From NCBI RefSeq assembly GCF_016026235.1, contig NZ_CP065613.1: a stretch of 64,000 nucleotides of DNA; one strand, written 5' to 3'. Positions within the stretch are counted from its first letter, which is position 1. Each line of letters begins with the position of its first letter. Both the position numbers and the translations under genes were made by a program. Below the pieces are notes generated by a model. That model was not told where the DNA came from, did not search any database, and was given only the letters and a program-made list of their open reading frames with translations. Of this stretch, positions 39,278 to 51,284 are shown in pieces. Source of the DNA: Escherichia coli (GTDB lineage Bacteria; Pseudomonadota; Gammaproteobacteria; Enterobacterales; Enterobacteriaceae).

Positions 39278-41542
39278 ATGAAAATAACGACAGTCGGCGT
39301 ATGCATAATTTGCGGAATTTTTCCGTTGCTGATTTTGCCCCAATTGCCTGGGACATTAACCCTTGCGTTTCTGACTCTCTTCGCCTGCGTACTGGCATTT
39401 ATCCCTGTTAAAACCGTCCGTTATATCGCGCTGACGTTGCTGTTTTTCGTTTGGGGCATATTATCAGCAAAGCAAATTTTGTTGGCAGGAGAAACCTTAA
39501 CTGGCGCGACGCAGGATGCAATTGTTGAGATCACTGCTACTGACGGCATGACCACTCATTACGGTCAAATTACTTATCTACAAGGTCGACGTGTATTCCC
39601 TGCGCCAGGCCTTGTGCTGTATGGCGAATATCTTCCGCAAGCGGTTTGTGCCGGACAACTGTGGTCAATGAAACTCAAAGTTCGTGCCGTTCATGGTCAA
39701 CTTAATGATGGCGGCTTTGATAGCCAGCGTTATGCCATTGCCCTGCATCAGCCACTCACCGGCCGCTTTCTGCAGGCAAGTGTTATTGAACCGAATTGTA
39801 GCCTGCGTGCACAGTATCTGGCGTCACTACAAACAACGCTGCAACCCTATCCGTGGAATGCGGTTATTCTTGGTTTAGGTATGGGGGAACGGTTATCCGT
39901 CCCTAAAGAAATCAAAAATATCATGCGTGATACTGGAACGGCGCATTTAATGGCGATATCGGGATTGCACATCGCTTTTGCGGCGTTGCTGGCTGCCGGA
40001 CTCATTCGCAGTGGACAAATTTTTCTGCCTGGGCACTGGATCCACTGGCAAATGCCATTAATTGGCGGTATCTGCTGTGCTGCTTTTTATGCCTGGCTGA
40101 CGGGAATGCAACCTCCTGCATTGCGTACCGTTGTGGCGCTTGCTACGTGGGGAATGCTTAAGTTAAGTGGGCGACAGTGGAGTGGCTGGGATGTATGGAT
40201 ATGTTGTCTGGCGGCAATTTTGCTGATGGATCCTGTTGCCATTCTCTCGCAAAGTTTATGGCTCTCTGCCGCTGCGGTCGCGGCATTGATATTTTGGTAT
40301 CAGTGGTTTCCCTGTCCTGAGTGGCAACTGCCGCCGGTATTGCGTGCAGTTGTTTCCCTCATCCATCTGCAACTGGGAATCACACTTCTGCTTATGCCCG
40401 TGCAAATCGTCATATTTCATGGCATTAGTCTGACCTCGTTTATTGCAAATCTATTAGCAATTCCCTTGGTGACATTTATCACGGTTCCGTTGATCCTCGC
40501 CGCGATGGTTGTGCATTTAAGCGGGCCGTTAATCTTGGAGCAAGGGTTATGGTTTCTTGCCGACCGGTCTTTGGCTTTACTTTTCTGGGGGTTAAAGAGT
40601 TTGCCAGAAGGGTGGATCAACATTGCTGAACGTTGGCAATGGCTATCATTTTCCCCATGGTTCTTACTGGTGGTATGGCGATTAAACGCCTGGCGAACGT
40701 TGCCAGCAATGTGTGTGGCTGTAGGCTTGCTGATGTGCTGGCCGCTGTGGCAAAAACCTCGACCTGACGAGTGGCAGGTGTACATGCTTGATGTCGGGCA
40801 AGGGCTGGCAATGGTGATAGCCAGAAACGGCAAAGCGATTCTCTATGACACGGGACTGGCCTGGCCCGAAGGGGATAGTGGGCAACAACTGATTATCCCC
40901 TGGCTCCACTGGCATAATCTTGAACCGGAAGGCGTTATTCTGAGTCATGAACATCTGGATCACCGGGGAGGGCTGGACTCAATATTGCACACATGGCCGA
41001 TGTTATGGATCAGAAGTCCGTTAAACTGGGAACATCATCAGCCCTGTGTGCGTGGCGAAGCGTGGCAATGGCAAGGATTGCGTTTCAGCGTGCACTGGCC
41101 TTTACAAGCTAGCAACGATAAAGGAAATAACCATTCCTGTGTGGTTAAGGTTGATGACGGGACGAATAGCATTCTTCTAACCGGTGATATTGAAGTCCCC
41201 GCTGAACAAAAGATGCTAAGCCGTTACTGGCAGCAAGTGCAGGCAACATTGCTTCAGGTACCTCACCATGGCAGTAATACCTCATCATCGTTGCCATTAA
41301 TTCAGCGAGTGAATGGAAAAGTGGCACTCGCATCGGCATCGCGCTATAACGCATGGCGACTGCCCTCTAACAAAGTTAAGCATCGCTATCAACAACAGGG
41401 TTATACGTGGCTTGATACTCCTCATCAGGGGCAACTAACGGTCAATTTTTCAGCACAAGGCTGGCGGATTAGGAGCCTCAGGGAGCAAATTTTACCTCGT
41501 TGGTATCATCAGTGGTTTGGCGTGCCAGTGGATAACGGGTAG
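39278..41542 (+). CDS. ycaI: ComEC/Rec2-family inner-membrane protein YcaI (with metallo-beta-lactamase domain)
   Basis: ORF trimmed to MKITTVGVCIICGIFPLLIL (754 aa); polytopic membrane N-terminus and C-terminal HxHxDH motif (SHEHLDHRGG). Confidence 0.88.
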   Translation: MKITTVGVCIICGIFPLLILPQLPGTLTLAFLTLFACVLAFIPVKTVRYIALTLLFFVWGILSAKQILLAGETLTGATQDAIVEITATDGMTTHYGQITYLQGRRVFPAPGLVLYGEYLPQAVCAGQLWSMKLKVRAVHGQLNDGGFDSQRYAIALHQPLTGRFLQASVIEPNCSLRAQYLASLQTTLQPYPWNAVILGLGMGERLSVPKEIKNIMRDTGTAHLMAISGLHIAFAALLAAGLIRSGQIFLPGHWIHWQMPLIGGICCAAFYAWLTGMQPPALRTVVALATWGMLKLSGRQWSGWDVWICCLAAILLMDPVAILSQSLWLSAAAVAALIFWYQWFPCPEWQLPPVLRAVVSLIHLQLGITLLLMPVQIVIFHGISLTSFIANLLAIPLVTFITVPLILAAMVVHLSGPLILEQGLWFLADRSLALLFWGLKSLPEGWINIAERWQWLSFSPWFLLVVWRLNAWRTLPAMCVAVGLLMCWPLWQKPRPDEWQVYMLDVGQGLAMVIARNGKAILYDTGLAWPEGDSGQQLIIPWLHWHNLEPEGVILSHEHLDHRGGLDSILHTWPMLWIRSPLNWEHHQPCVRGEAWQWQGLRFSVHWPLQASNDKGNNHSCVVKVDDGTNSILLTGDIEVPAEQKMLSRYWQQVQATLLQVPHHGSNTSSSLPLIQRVNGKVALASASRYNAWRLPSNKVKHRYQQQGYTWLDTPHQGQLTVNFSAQGWRIRSLREQILPRWYHQWFGVPVDNG

Positions 41543-41578
41543 AATATGCGGCTATTTCAACAAATGCTGGTTTTTTGA

Positions 41579-43327
41579 ATGCATAACGACAAAGATCTCT
41601 CTACGTGGCAGACATTCCGCCGACTGTGGCCAACCATTGCGCCTTTCAAAGCGGGTCTGATCGTGGCGGGCGTAGCGTTAATCCTCAACGCAGCCAGCGA
41701 TACCTTCATGTTATCGCTCCTTAAGCCACTTCTTGATGATGGCTTTGGTAAAACAGATCGCTCCGTGCTGGTGTGGATGCCGCTGGTGGTGATCGGGCTG
41801 ATGATTTTGCGTGGTATCACCAGCTATGTCTCCAGCTACTGTATCTCCTGGGTATCAGGAAAGGTGGTAATGACCATGCGTCGTCGCCTGTTTGGTCACA
41901 TGATGGGAATGCCGGTTTCATTCTTTGACAAACAGTCAACGGGTACGCTGTTGTCACGTATCACCTACGATTCCGAACAGGTTGCTTCTTCCTCTTCCGG
42001 CGCACTGATTACTGTTGTGCGTGAAGGTGCGTCGATCATCGGCCTGTTCATCATGATGTTCTATTACAGTTGGCAATTGTCGATCATTTTGATTGTGCTG
42101 GCACCGATTGTTTCGATTGCGATTCGCGTTGTATCGAAGCGTTTTCGCAACATCAGTAAAAACATGCAGAACACCATGGGGCAGGTGACCACCAGCGCAG
42201 AACAAATGCTGAAGGGCCACAAAGAAGTATTGATTTTCGGTGGTCAGGAAGTGGAAACGAAACGCTTCGATAAAGTCAGTAACCGAATGCGTCTTCAGGG
42301 GATGAAAATGGTTTCAGCCTCTTCCATCTCTGATCCGATCATTCAGCTGATCGCCTCTTTGGCGCTGGCGTTTGTTCTGTATGCGGCGAGCTTCCCAAGT
42401 GTCATGGATAGCCTGACTGCCGGTACGATTACCGTTGTTTTCTCTTCGATGATTGCACTGATGCGTCCGCTTAAATCGCTGACCAACGTTAACGCCCAGT
42501 TCCAGCGCGGTATGGCGGCTTGTCAGACGCTGTTTACCATTCTGGACAGTGAGCAGGAGAAAGACGAAGGTAAGCGCGTGATCGAGCGTGCGACTGGCGA
42601 CGTGGAATTCCGCAATGTCACCTTTACTTATCCGGGACGTGACGTACCCGCCTTGCGTAACATCAACCTGAAAATTCCGGCAGGGAAAACGGTCGCTCTG
42701 GTTGGACGCTCTGGTTCAGGTAAATCAACCATCGCCAGCCTGATCACGCGTTTTTACGATATTGATGAAGGCGAAATCCTGATGGATGGTCACGATCTGC
42801 GCGAGTATACCCTGGCGTCGTTGCGTAACCAGGTTGCTCTGGTGTCGCAGAATGTCCATCTGTTTAACGATACGGTTGCTAACAACATTGCTTACGCACG
42901 GACTGAACAGTACAGCCGTGAGCAAATTGAAGAAGCGGCGCGTATGGCCTACGCCATGGACTTCATCAATAAGATGGATAACGGTCTCGATACAGTGATT
43001 GGTGAAAACGGCGTGCTGCTCTCTGGCGGTCAGCGTCAGCGTATTGCTATCGCTCGAGCCTTGTTGCGTGATAGCCCGATTCTGATTCTGGACGAAGCTA
43101 CCTCGGCGTTGGATACCGAATCCGAACGTGCGATTCAGGCGGCACTGGATGAGTTGCAGAAAAACCGTACCTCTCTGGTGATTGCCCACCGCTTGTCTAC
43201 CATTGAAAAGGCAGACGAAATCGTGGTCGTTGAGGATGGTGTCATTGTGGAACGCGGTACGCATAACGATTTGCTTGAGCACCGCGGCGTTTACGCGCAA
43301 CTTCACAAAATGCAGTTTGGCCAATGA
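41579..43327 (+). CDS. msbA: Lipid A flippase MsbA (ABC transporter)
   Basis: 582-aa ORF, TMD plus NBD ([17 protein letters not shown]). Confidence 0.96.
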   Translation: MHNDKDLSTWQTFRRLWPTIAPFKAGLIVAGVALILNAASDTFMLSLLKPLLDDGFGKTDRSVLVWMPLVVIGLMILRGITSYVSSYCISWVSGKVVMTMRRRLFGHMMGMPVSFFDKQSTGTLLSRITYDSEQVASSSSGALITVVREGASIIGLFIMMFYYSWQLSIILIVLAPIVSIAIRVVSKRFRNISKNMQNTMGQVTTSAEQMLKGHKEVLIFGGQEVETKRFDKVSNRMRLQGMKMVSASSISDPIIQLIASLALAFVLYAASFPSVMDSLTAGTITVVFSSMIALMRPLKSLTNVNAQFQRGMAACQTLFTILDSEQEKDEGKRVIERATGDVEFRNVTFTYPGRDVPALRNINLKIPAGKTVALVGRSGSGKSTIASLITRFYDIDEGEILMDGHDLREYTLASLRNQVALVSQNVHLFNDTVANNIAYARTEQYSREQIEEAARMAYAMDFINKMDNGLDTVIGENGVLLSGGQRQRIAIARALLRDSPILILDEATSALDTESERAIQAALDELQKNRTSLVIAHRLSTIEKADEIVVVEDGVIVERGTHNDLLEHRGVYAQLHKMQFGQ

Positions 43328-44310
43328 TCGAAAAAATCTGGTCTGGTGAATCCCCTTTGTGGCGGCTATTGCTGCCACTCTCCTGGTTGTATGGCCTGGT
43401 GAGTGGCGCGATCCGTCTTTGCTATAAACTAAAACTGAAGCGCGCCTGGCGTGCCCCCGTACCGGTTGTCGTGGTTGGTAATCTCACCGCAGGCGGCAAC
43501 GGAAAAACCCCGGTCGTTGTCTGGCTGGTGGAACAGTTGCAACAGCGCGGTATTCGCGTGGGGGTCGTATCGCGGGGATATGGTGGTAAGGCTGAATCTT
43601 ATCCGCTGTTATTGTCGGCAGATACCACCACAGCACAGGCGGGTGATGAACCTGTGTTGATTTATCAACGCACTGATGCGCCTGTTGCGGTTTCTCCCGT
43701 TCGTTCTGATGCGGTAAAAGCCATTCTGGCGCAACACCCTGATGTGCAGATCATCGTAACCGACGACGGTTTACAGCATTACCGTCTGGCGCGTGATGTG
43801 GAAATTGTCGTTATTGATGGTGTGCGTCGCTTTGGCAATGGCTGGTGGTTGCCGGCGGGGCCAATGCGTGAGCGAGCGGGGCGCTTAAAGTCAGTTGATG
43901 CGGTAATCGTCAACGGCGGTGTCCCCCGCAGCGGTGAAATCCCCATGCATCTGCTGCCGGGTCAGGCGGTGAATTTACGTACCGGTACGCGTTGTGACGT
44001 TGCTCAGCTTGAACATGTGGTGGCGATGGCAGGGATTGGGCATCCGCCGCGCTTTTTTGCCACGCTGAAGATGTGCGGCGTACAACCGGAAAAATGTGTA
44101 CCGCTGGCCGATCATCAGTCTTTGAACCATGCGGATGTCAGCGCGTTGGTAAGCACCGGGCAAACGCTGGTAATGACTGAAAAAGATGCGGTGAAATGCA
44201 GGGCCTTTGCAGAAGAAAATTGGTGGTATTTGCCCGTTGACGCACAGCTTTCAGGTGATGAACCAGCGAAACTGCTTGCGCAACTAACCTCGCTGGCTTC
44301 TGGCAACTAG
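43324..44310 (+). CDS. lpxK: Tetraacyldisaccharide 4'-kinase
   Basis: 328-aa ORF; ATGA overlap with the msbA stop. Confidence 0.95.
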   Translation: MIEKIWSGESPLWRLLLPLSWLYGLVSGAIRLCYKLKLKRAWRAPVPVVVVGNLTAGGNGKTPVVVWLVEQLQQRGIRVGVVSRGYGGKAESYPLLLSADTTTAQAGDEPVLIYQRTDAPVAVSPVRSDAVKAILAQHPDVQIIVTDDGLQHYRLARDVEIVVIDGVRRFGNGWWLPAGPMRERAGRLKSVDAVIVNGGVPRSGEIPMHLLPGQAVNLRTGTRCDVAQLEHVVAMAGIGHPPRFFATLKMCGVQPEKCVPLADHQSLNHADVSALVSTGQTLVMTEKDAVKCRAFAEENWWYLPVDAQLSGDEPAKLLAQLTSLASGN

Positions 44311-44346
44311 TTACGCCGCGGCAGCGTTCGATTGATGGAGTCATGA

Positions 44347-45579
44347 ATGTCGCTGCCGCACCTCTCCCTTGCTGATGCGCGTAATCTTCACCTTGCCGCG
44401 CAAGGCCTGTTAAACAAACCCCGCCGTCGAGCGTCGTTGGAGGATATTCCGGCAACGATCTCCCGCATGTCCTTGCTGCAAATCGATACCATCAATATTG
44501 TTGCCCGTAGTCCATATCTGGTGCTTTTCAGTCGTCTGGGAAATTATCCTGCCCAGTGGCTGGATGAGTCTCTGGCGCGTGGCGAATTAATGGAATACTG
44601 GGCGCATGAAGCCTGCTTTATGCCACGCAGCGACTTTCGTCTTATTCGCCACCGCATGCTGGCACCTGAAAAAATGGGCTGGAAATACAAAGACGCCTGG
44701 ATGCAGGAACATGAGGCGGAAATTGCACAGTTAATTCAGCATATTCATGATAAGGGGCCGGTACGTTCAGCCGATTTTGAGCATCCTCGTAAAGGTGCAA
44801 GCGGCTGGTGGGAATGGAAGCCGCATAAACGGCATCTGGAAGGTTTATTTACTGCCGGAAAGGTGATGGTGATTGAACGGCGCAACTTCCAGCGCGTTTA
44901 TGATTTAACCCACCGTGTCATGCCTGACTGGGATGATGAGCGCGATCTCGTTTCGCAAACAGAAGCAGAAATCATCATGCTGGATAACAGTGCGCGTAGC
45001 CTGGGAATATTCCGCGAACAGTGGCTGGCAGATTACTATCGGCTGAAACGTCCGGCACTGGCGGCGTGGCGCGAAGCGAGGGCTGAACAGCAGCAAATCA
45101 TTGCTGTGCATGTTGAAAAATTGGGCAATCTTTGGCTGCATGCTGATTTGCTGCCGCTACTCGAGCGTGCGCTGGCCGGAAAGCTCACTGCAACGCACAG
45201 CGCGGTACTTTCGCCTTTTGATCCTGTTGTCTGGGATCGCAAACGCGCAGAGCAGCTTTTTGATTTTAGCTACCGGCTGGAGTGCTATACCCCAGCGCCG
45301 AAACGCCAGTATGGCTATTTTGTTCTGCCATTATTACATCGTGGGCAATTAGTTGGGCGAATGGATGCCAAAATGCATCGCCAGACAGGCATCCTTGAAG
45401 TTATCTCTCTGTGGTTACAGGAAGGCATTAAACCAACGACAATGCTGCAAAAAGGGTTACGTCAGGCGATTACTGATTTCGCGAGCTGGCAGCAGGCAAC
45501 GCGGGTGACATTAGGACGCTGCCCGCAAGGTCTCTTTACTGATTGCCGCACTGGCTGGGAAATAGACCCCGTCGCATAA
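44347..45579 (+). CDS. ycaQ: Winged-helix DNA glycosylase YcaQ
   Basis: 410-aa ORF at the conserved position. Confidence 0.88.
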   Translation: MSLPHLSLADARNLHLAAQGLLNKPRRRASLEDIPATISRMSLLQIDTINIVARSPYLVLFSRLGNYPAQWLDESLARGELMEYWAHEACFMPRSDFRLIRHRMLAPEKMGWKYKDAWMQEHEAEIAQLIQHIHDKGPVRSADFEHPRKGASGWWEWKPHKRHLEGLFTAGKVMVIERRNFQRVYDLTHRVMPDWDDERDLVSQTEAEIIMLDNSARSLGIFREQWLADYYRLKRPALAAWREARAEQQQIIAVHVEKLGNLWLHADLLPLLERALAGKLTATHSAVLSPFDPVVWDRKRAEQLFDFSYRLECYTPAPKRQYGYFVLPLLHRGQLVGRMDAKMHRQTGILEVISLWLQEGIKPTTMLQKGLRQAITDFASWQQATRVTLGRCPQGLFTDCRTGWEIDPVA

Positions 45580-45630
45580 ATGATTATGATAAGATTTATG
45601 CATTCATAACCCGATCCATCTGGAGGAACT

Positions 45631-46556
<926 letters not shown>

Positions 46557-46709
46557 TTTCACTTCACGACACTCCAGCCAATTTTGGGAGGAGTGTCGTA
46601 CCGTTACGATTTTCCTCAATTTTTCTTTTCAACAATTGATCTCATTCAGGTGACATCTTTTATATTGGCGCTCATTATGAAAGCAGTAGCTTTTATGAGG
46701 GTAATCTGA

Positions 46710-47603
46710 ATGGAACAGCTGCGTGCCGAATTAAGCCATTTACTGGGCGAAAAACTCAGTCGTATTGAGTGCGTCAATGAAAAAGCGGATACGGCGTTGT
46801 GGGCTTTGTATGACAGCCAGGGAAACCCAATGCCGTTAATGGCAAGAAGCTTTAGTACGCCCGGAAAAGCCCGACAACTGGCATGGAAAACCACCATGCT
46901 GGCAAGAAGTGGGACTGTCCGTATGCCGACTATTTATGGTGTGATGACGCATGAAGAACACCCCGGCCCTGATGTCCTGCTACTGGAGCGGATGCGTGGT
47001 GTTTCGGTGGAGGCACCAGCCCGAACACCAGAACGCTGGGAACAGCTCAAAGACCAAATCGTTGAAGCCTTACTGGCCTGGCACCGTCAGGACAGTCGCG
47101 GTTGCGTCGGCGCGGTCGACAATACTCAGGAAAATTTCTGGCCCTCATGGTACCGGCAACATGTTGAAGTGCTATGGACCACGCTCAATCAGTTCAATAA
47201 CACCGGTCTGACGATGCAGGATAAGCGGATCCTGTTTCGCACTCGCGAATGTCTCCCGGCATTATTTGAAGGCTTTAACGACAATTGTGTGTTGATTCAC
47301 GGTAACTTCTGTTTACGCAGCATGCTGAAAGATTCGCGCAGCGATCAGTTACTGGCGATGGTCGGGCCGGGACTAATGCTTTGGGCACCGCGAGAATACG
47401 AACTGTTCCGACTAATGGATAATTCTCTGGCGGAAGATTTGCTCTGGAGTTACCTGCAACGCGCGCCAGTGGCGGAGTCGTTCATCTGGCGGCGTTGGTT
47501 GTATGTGTTATGGGATGAAGTTGCGCAACTGGTTAATACCGGACGATTTAGTCGGCGCAACTTCGATCTGGCATCAAAATCACTCTTGCCGTGGCTCGCC
47601 TGA
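46710..47603 (+). CDS. ycbJ: Putative kinase/phosphotransferase YcbJ
   Basis: 297-aa ORF at the conserved position. Confidence 0.85.
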   Translation: MEQLRAELSHLLGEKLSRIECVNEKADTALWALYDSQGNPMPLMARSFSTPGKARQLAWKTTMLARSGTVRMPTIYGVMTHEEHPGPDVLLLERMRGVSVEAPARTPERWEQLKDQIVEALLAWHRQDSRGCVGAVDNTQENFWPSWYRQHVEVLWTTLNQFNNTGLTMQDKRILFRTRECLPALFEGFNDNCVLIHGNFCLRSMLKDSRSDQLLAMVGPGLMLWAPREYELFRLMDNSLAEDLLWSYLQRAPVAESFIWRRWLYVLWDEVAQLVNTGRFSRRNFDLASKSLLPWLA

Positions 47604-48359
47604 CGGACCTTTCAGCCACTGCCAGATGCGGCCAAGCGTTTCATAGCCAACACGATCGCTATGCATCAGCCAGACCGGAGAAGGGATTGCCCGTTCCCAC
47701 GGATTAAGCGGCGAGTCGATGGCCAACTGATTCGCCGGGGCTGGCAGCGGATTTAACCCTTCCTGCTGAAAAAAGATCATCGCCCGCGGCAAATGAGACG
47801 CGGATGTCACCAGCAGGAAAGGGGCGTCACCAATCTCCTGTTTCACTGCCGCAGCTTCTTCTTCGGTATCTTTTGGCAAATCCAGAGTGATAATTTGCTC
47901 ACGCGGCACGCCCAGCGATTGCGCAACTCTGGCACCTACTTCCGCTGTACTCACCGTATTGGTTTTTGCTACGCCTCCCGTGAAGATCAGTTTTGATCCC
48001 GGATTTTCGCGCCATAAGCGAATACCTTCATTCAGGCGTGGCAGACTGTTATTGATTAAATTAGAGCTCGGTGCCCACTGCGGGTTCCAGGTATAACCGC
48101 CTCCGAGCACCACGATATAGTCCACTTTTTGTGAATTATTCCATGTCGGATAGGTGCTTTCGATGGGACGCAACAGGCGGTCGGCTACCGGTTGCAAACT
48201 CAATAACAAGAGTGCCAGCCACCCAATGCTAATAAAAATCTTCCCGGTTTTTTGAAAACGGCTAAACCACAGCAGTGCCAGGCCAGCGCCAATAATTAAC
48301 AACATCAGCGGAAGTGGCAGCAACATATTGCCAATCACTTTTTTCAGTGTAAAAAGCAT
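47580..48359 (-). CDS. elyC: Envelope biogenesis factor ElyC (YcbC, DUF218)
   Basis: 259-aa ORF with N-terminal TM segment; 3' end overlaps the ycbJ 3' end convergently by 24 bp. Confidence 0.88.
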   Translation of the reverse strand: MLFTLKKVIGNMLLPLPLMLLIIGAGLALLWFSRFQKTGKIFISIGWLALLLLSLQPVADRLLRPIESTYPTWNNSQKVDYIVVLGGGYTWNPQWAPSSNLINNSLPRLNEGIRLWRENPGSKLIFTGGVAKTNTVSTAEVGARVAQSLGVPREQIITLDLPKDTEEEAAAVKQEIGDAPFLLVTSASHLPRAMIFFQQEGLNPLPAPANQLAIDSPLNPWERAIPSPVWLMHSDRVGYETLGRIWQWLKGPSGEPRQE

Positions 48360-48494
48360 CCTTTCTGGTTCCTTTTTTAACCATATAGCAAGGGATCGCC
48401 AGCGATATTACACCAGACGGGTTCATTCTCGCCGTGGCTGTGACAAAATAGCGTCTTTATCAGAAAACGTCTTAGCCAACCGGTGGAGAAAGCA

Positions 48495-49280
48495 ATGCAG
48501 GATCGCAATTTTGATGATATTGCGGAAAAGTTTTCCCGTAACATTTACGGCACCACCAAAGGGCAGCTTCGACAGGCTATTCTGTGGCAGGATCTCGATC
48601 ACGTGCTGGCGGAAATGGGCCCGCAAAAACTGCGTGTGCTGGATGCTGGCGGTGGAGAAGGGCAGACCGCAATCAAAATGGCCGAGCGTGGGCATCAGGT
48701 CATTTTATGCGATCTTTCTGCGCAGATGATCGACCGCGCAAAACAGGCGGCAGAAGCAAAAGGTGTGAGCGACAACATGCAATTTATACATTGCGCCGCT
48801 CAGGATGTTGCTTCGCATTTGGAAACGCCCGTTGATCTGATATTGTTCCATGCGGTGCTCGAGTGGGTGGCCGATCCCCGCAGCGTATTACAGACCCTGT
48901 GGTCAGTGTTGCGTCCAGGCGGTGTGTTGTCGTTAATGTTCTACAATGCGCACGGCTTGCTGATGCATAACATGGTCGCCGGGAATTTTGATTACGTGCA
49001 GGCGGGAATGCCGAAAAAGAAAAAACGGACGCTTTCGCCAGATTATCCACGCGACCCGGCGCAGGTTTATCTGTGGCTGGAAGAAGCTGGTTGGCAAATT
49101 ATGGGTAAGACAGGCGTTCGCGTGTTTCATGATTATCTGCGCGAGAAGCACCAGCAGCGCGACTGCTATGAAGCATTACTTGAATTAGAAACGCGTTATT
49201 GCCGTCAGGAACCGTATATTACCCTGGGGCGTTATATTCATGTCACCGCGCGCAAACCGCAGAGCAAGGATAAAGTATGA
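48495..49280 (+). CDS. cmoM: tRNA cmo5U34 methyltransferase CmoM (SmtA), SAM-dependent
   Basis: ORF trimmed to [13 protein letters not shown] (261 aa); SAM motif LDAGGGEG. Confidence 0.9.
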
Positions 49281-50599
49281 GTGAATTTTCCCAGACAGTC
49301 CCCGAACTGGTTGCCTGGGCCAGAAAAAATGACTTCTCCATCTCGCTGCCGGTAGACCGACTCTCTTTTCTGCTGGCGGTTGCCACGCTGAACGGCGAGC
49401 GTCTGGATGGTGAAATGAGTGAAGGCGAGCTGGTGGATGCATTCCGCCATGTGAGTGATGCGTTTGAGCAAACCAGCGAAACCATCGGCGTGCGCGCCAA
49501 TAACGCGATCAACGACATGGTGCGTCAACGTCTGCTGAACCGCTTTACCAGCGAGCAGGCGGAAGGGAACGCAATTTACCGTCTGACGCCGCTCGGCATC
49601 GGCATTACTGACTACTACATCCGTCAGCGCGAGTTTTCTACGCTGCGTCTTTCTATGCAGTTGTCGATTGTGGCGGGTGAGCTCAAACGCGCAGCAGATG
49701 CCGCCGAAGAGGGCGGTGATGAATTTCACTGGCACCGTAATGTCTATGCGCCACTGAAATATTCGGTAGCAGAAATTTTCGACAGTATCGACCTGACGCA
49801 ACGTCTGATGGACGAACAGCAGCAGCAGGTGAAGGACGATATCGCCCAGTTGCTGAACAAAGACTGGCGGGCGGCGATTTCCAGCTGTGAATTGTTGCTT
49901 TCGGAAACTTCCGGAACGCTGCGTGAATTGCAGGATACGCTGGAAGCGGCAGGCGACAAATTGCAGGCTAATCTGTTGCGCATTCAGGATGCGACGATGA
50001 CCCATGACGATCTGCATTTCGTCGATCGTCTGGTGTTCGATCTGCAGAGCAAACTCGATCGTATTATCAGTTGGGGCCAGCAATCCATCGACTTGTGGAT
50101 TGGCTACGACCGCCACGTACACAAATTTATTCGTACCGCGATCGATATGGATAAAAACCGCGTCTTTGCTCAGCGGTTACGTCAGTCGGTACAAACCTAT
50201 TTTGATGAGCCGTGGGCGCTAACTTATGCCAATGCCGATCGTCTGCTGGATATGCGTGACGAAGAGATGGCACTGCGCGATGAAGAAGTGACTGGGGAAC
50301 TTCCTGAGGATCTGGAATACGAAGAGTTTAACGAGATCCGCGAACAGCTGGCGGCGATCATCGAAGAACAACTTGCCGTGTACAAAACCAGACAAGTGCC
50401 GCTGGATCTTGGTCTGGTGGTACGCGAATATCTGTCACAGTATCCGCGTGCACGTCACTTTGACGTTGCGCGCATTGTTATTGATCAGGCGGTACGTCTT
50501 GGCGTAGCGCAAGCAGATTTCACCGGACTGCCAGCGAAATGGCAGCCGATTAATGATTACGGAGCCAAGGTACAGGCGCATGTCATCGACAAATATTGA
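49277..50599 (+). CDS. mukF: Chromosome partition protein MukF (kleisin)
   Basis: 440-aa ORF; ATGA overlap with the cmoM stop. Confidence 0.96.
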
Positions 50600-51284
50600 A
50601 CAAGTGATGCCGGTTAAGCTGGCGCAGGCGCTGGCGAATCCGTTATTTCCGGCGCTGGACAGCGCCTTACGTTCAGGCCGCCATATTGGCCTCGACGAAC
50701 TGGATAATCATGCATTCCTGATGGATTTTCAGGAATATCTGGAAGAGTTTTACGCGCGTTATAACGTTGAGCTTATTCGCGCACCGGAAGGGTTCTTCTA
50801 TTTACGCCCACGTTCCACCACTCTTATCCCGCGTTCCGTCTTGTCGGAACTGGATATGATGGTCGGGAAAATCCTCTGTTATCTCTATCTCAGCCCGGAA
50901 CGGCTGGCGAATGAGGGGATTTTCACCCAGCAGGAACTGTACGACGAACTGCTCACCCTGGCCGATGAAGCAAAACTGCTGAAACTGGTGAACAACCGTT
51001 CAACCGGTTCAGACGTTGACCGTCAGAAGTTGCAGGAGAAAGTACGTTCTTCGCTCAACCGTCTGCGTCGTTTAGGCATGGTGTGGTTTATGGGCCACGA
51101 CAGCAGCAAGTTTCGCATTACCGAATCGGTGTTCCGCTTCGGAGCCGATGTGCGTGCTGGCGACGATCCCCGTGAAGCACAGCGTCGCCTGATTCGTGAT
51201 GGCGAAGCAATGCCGATTGAAAATCATCTGCAACTCAACGATGAAACCGAAGAGAATCAGCCAGATAGCGGAGAGGAAGAATAA
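50580..51284 (+). CDS. mukE: Chromosome partition protein MukE
   Basis: ORF trimmed to [21 protein letters not shown] (234 aa); overlaps the mukF 3' end. Confidence 0.92.
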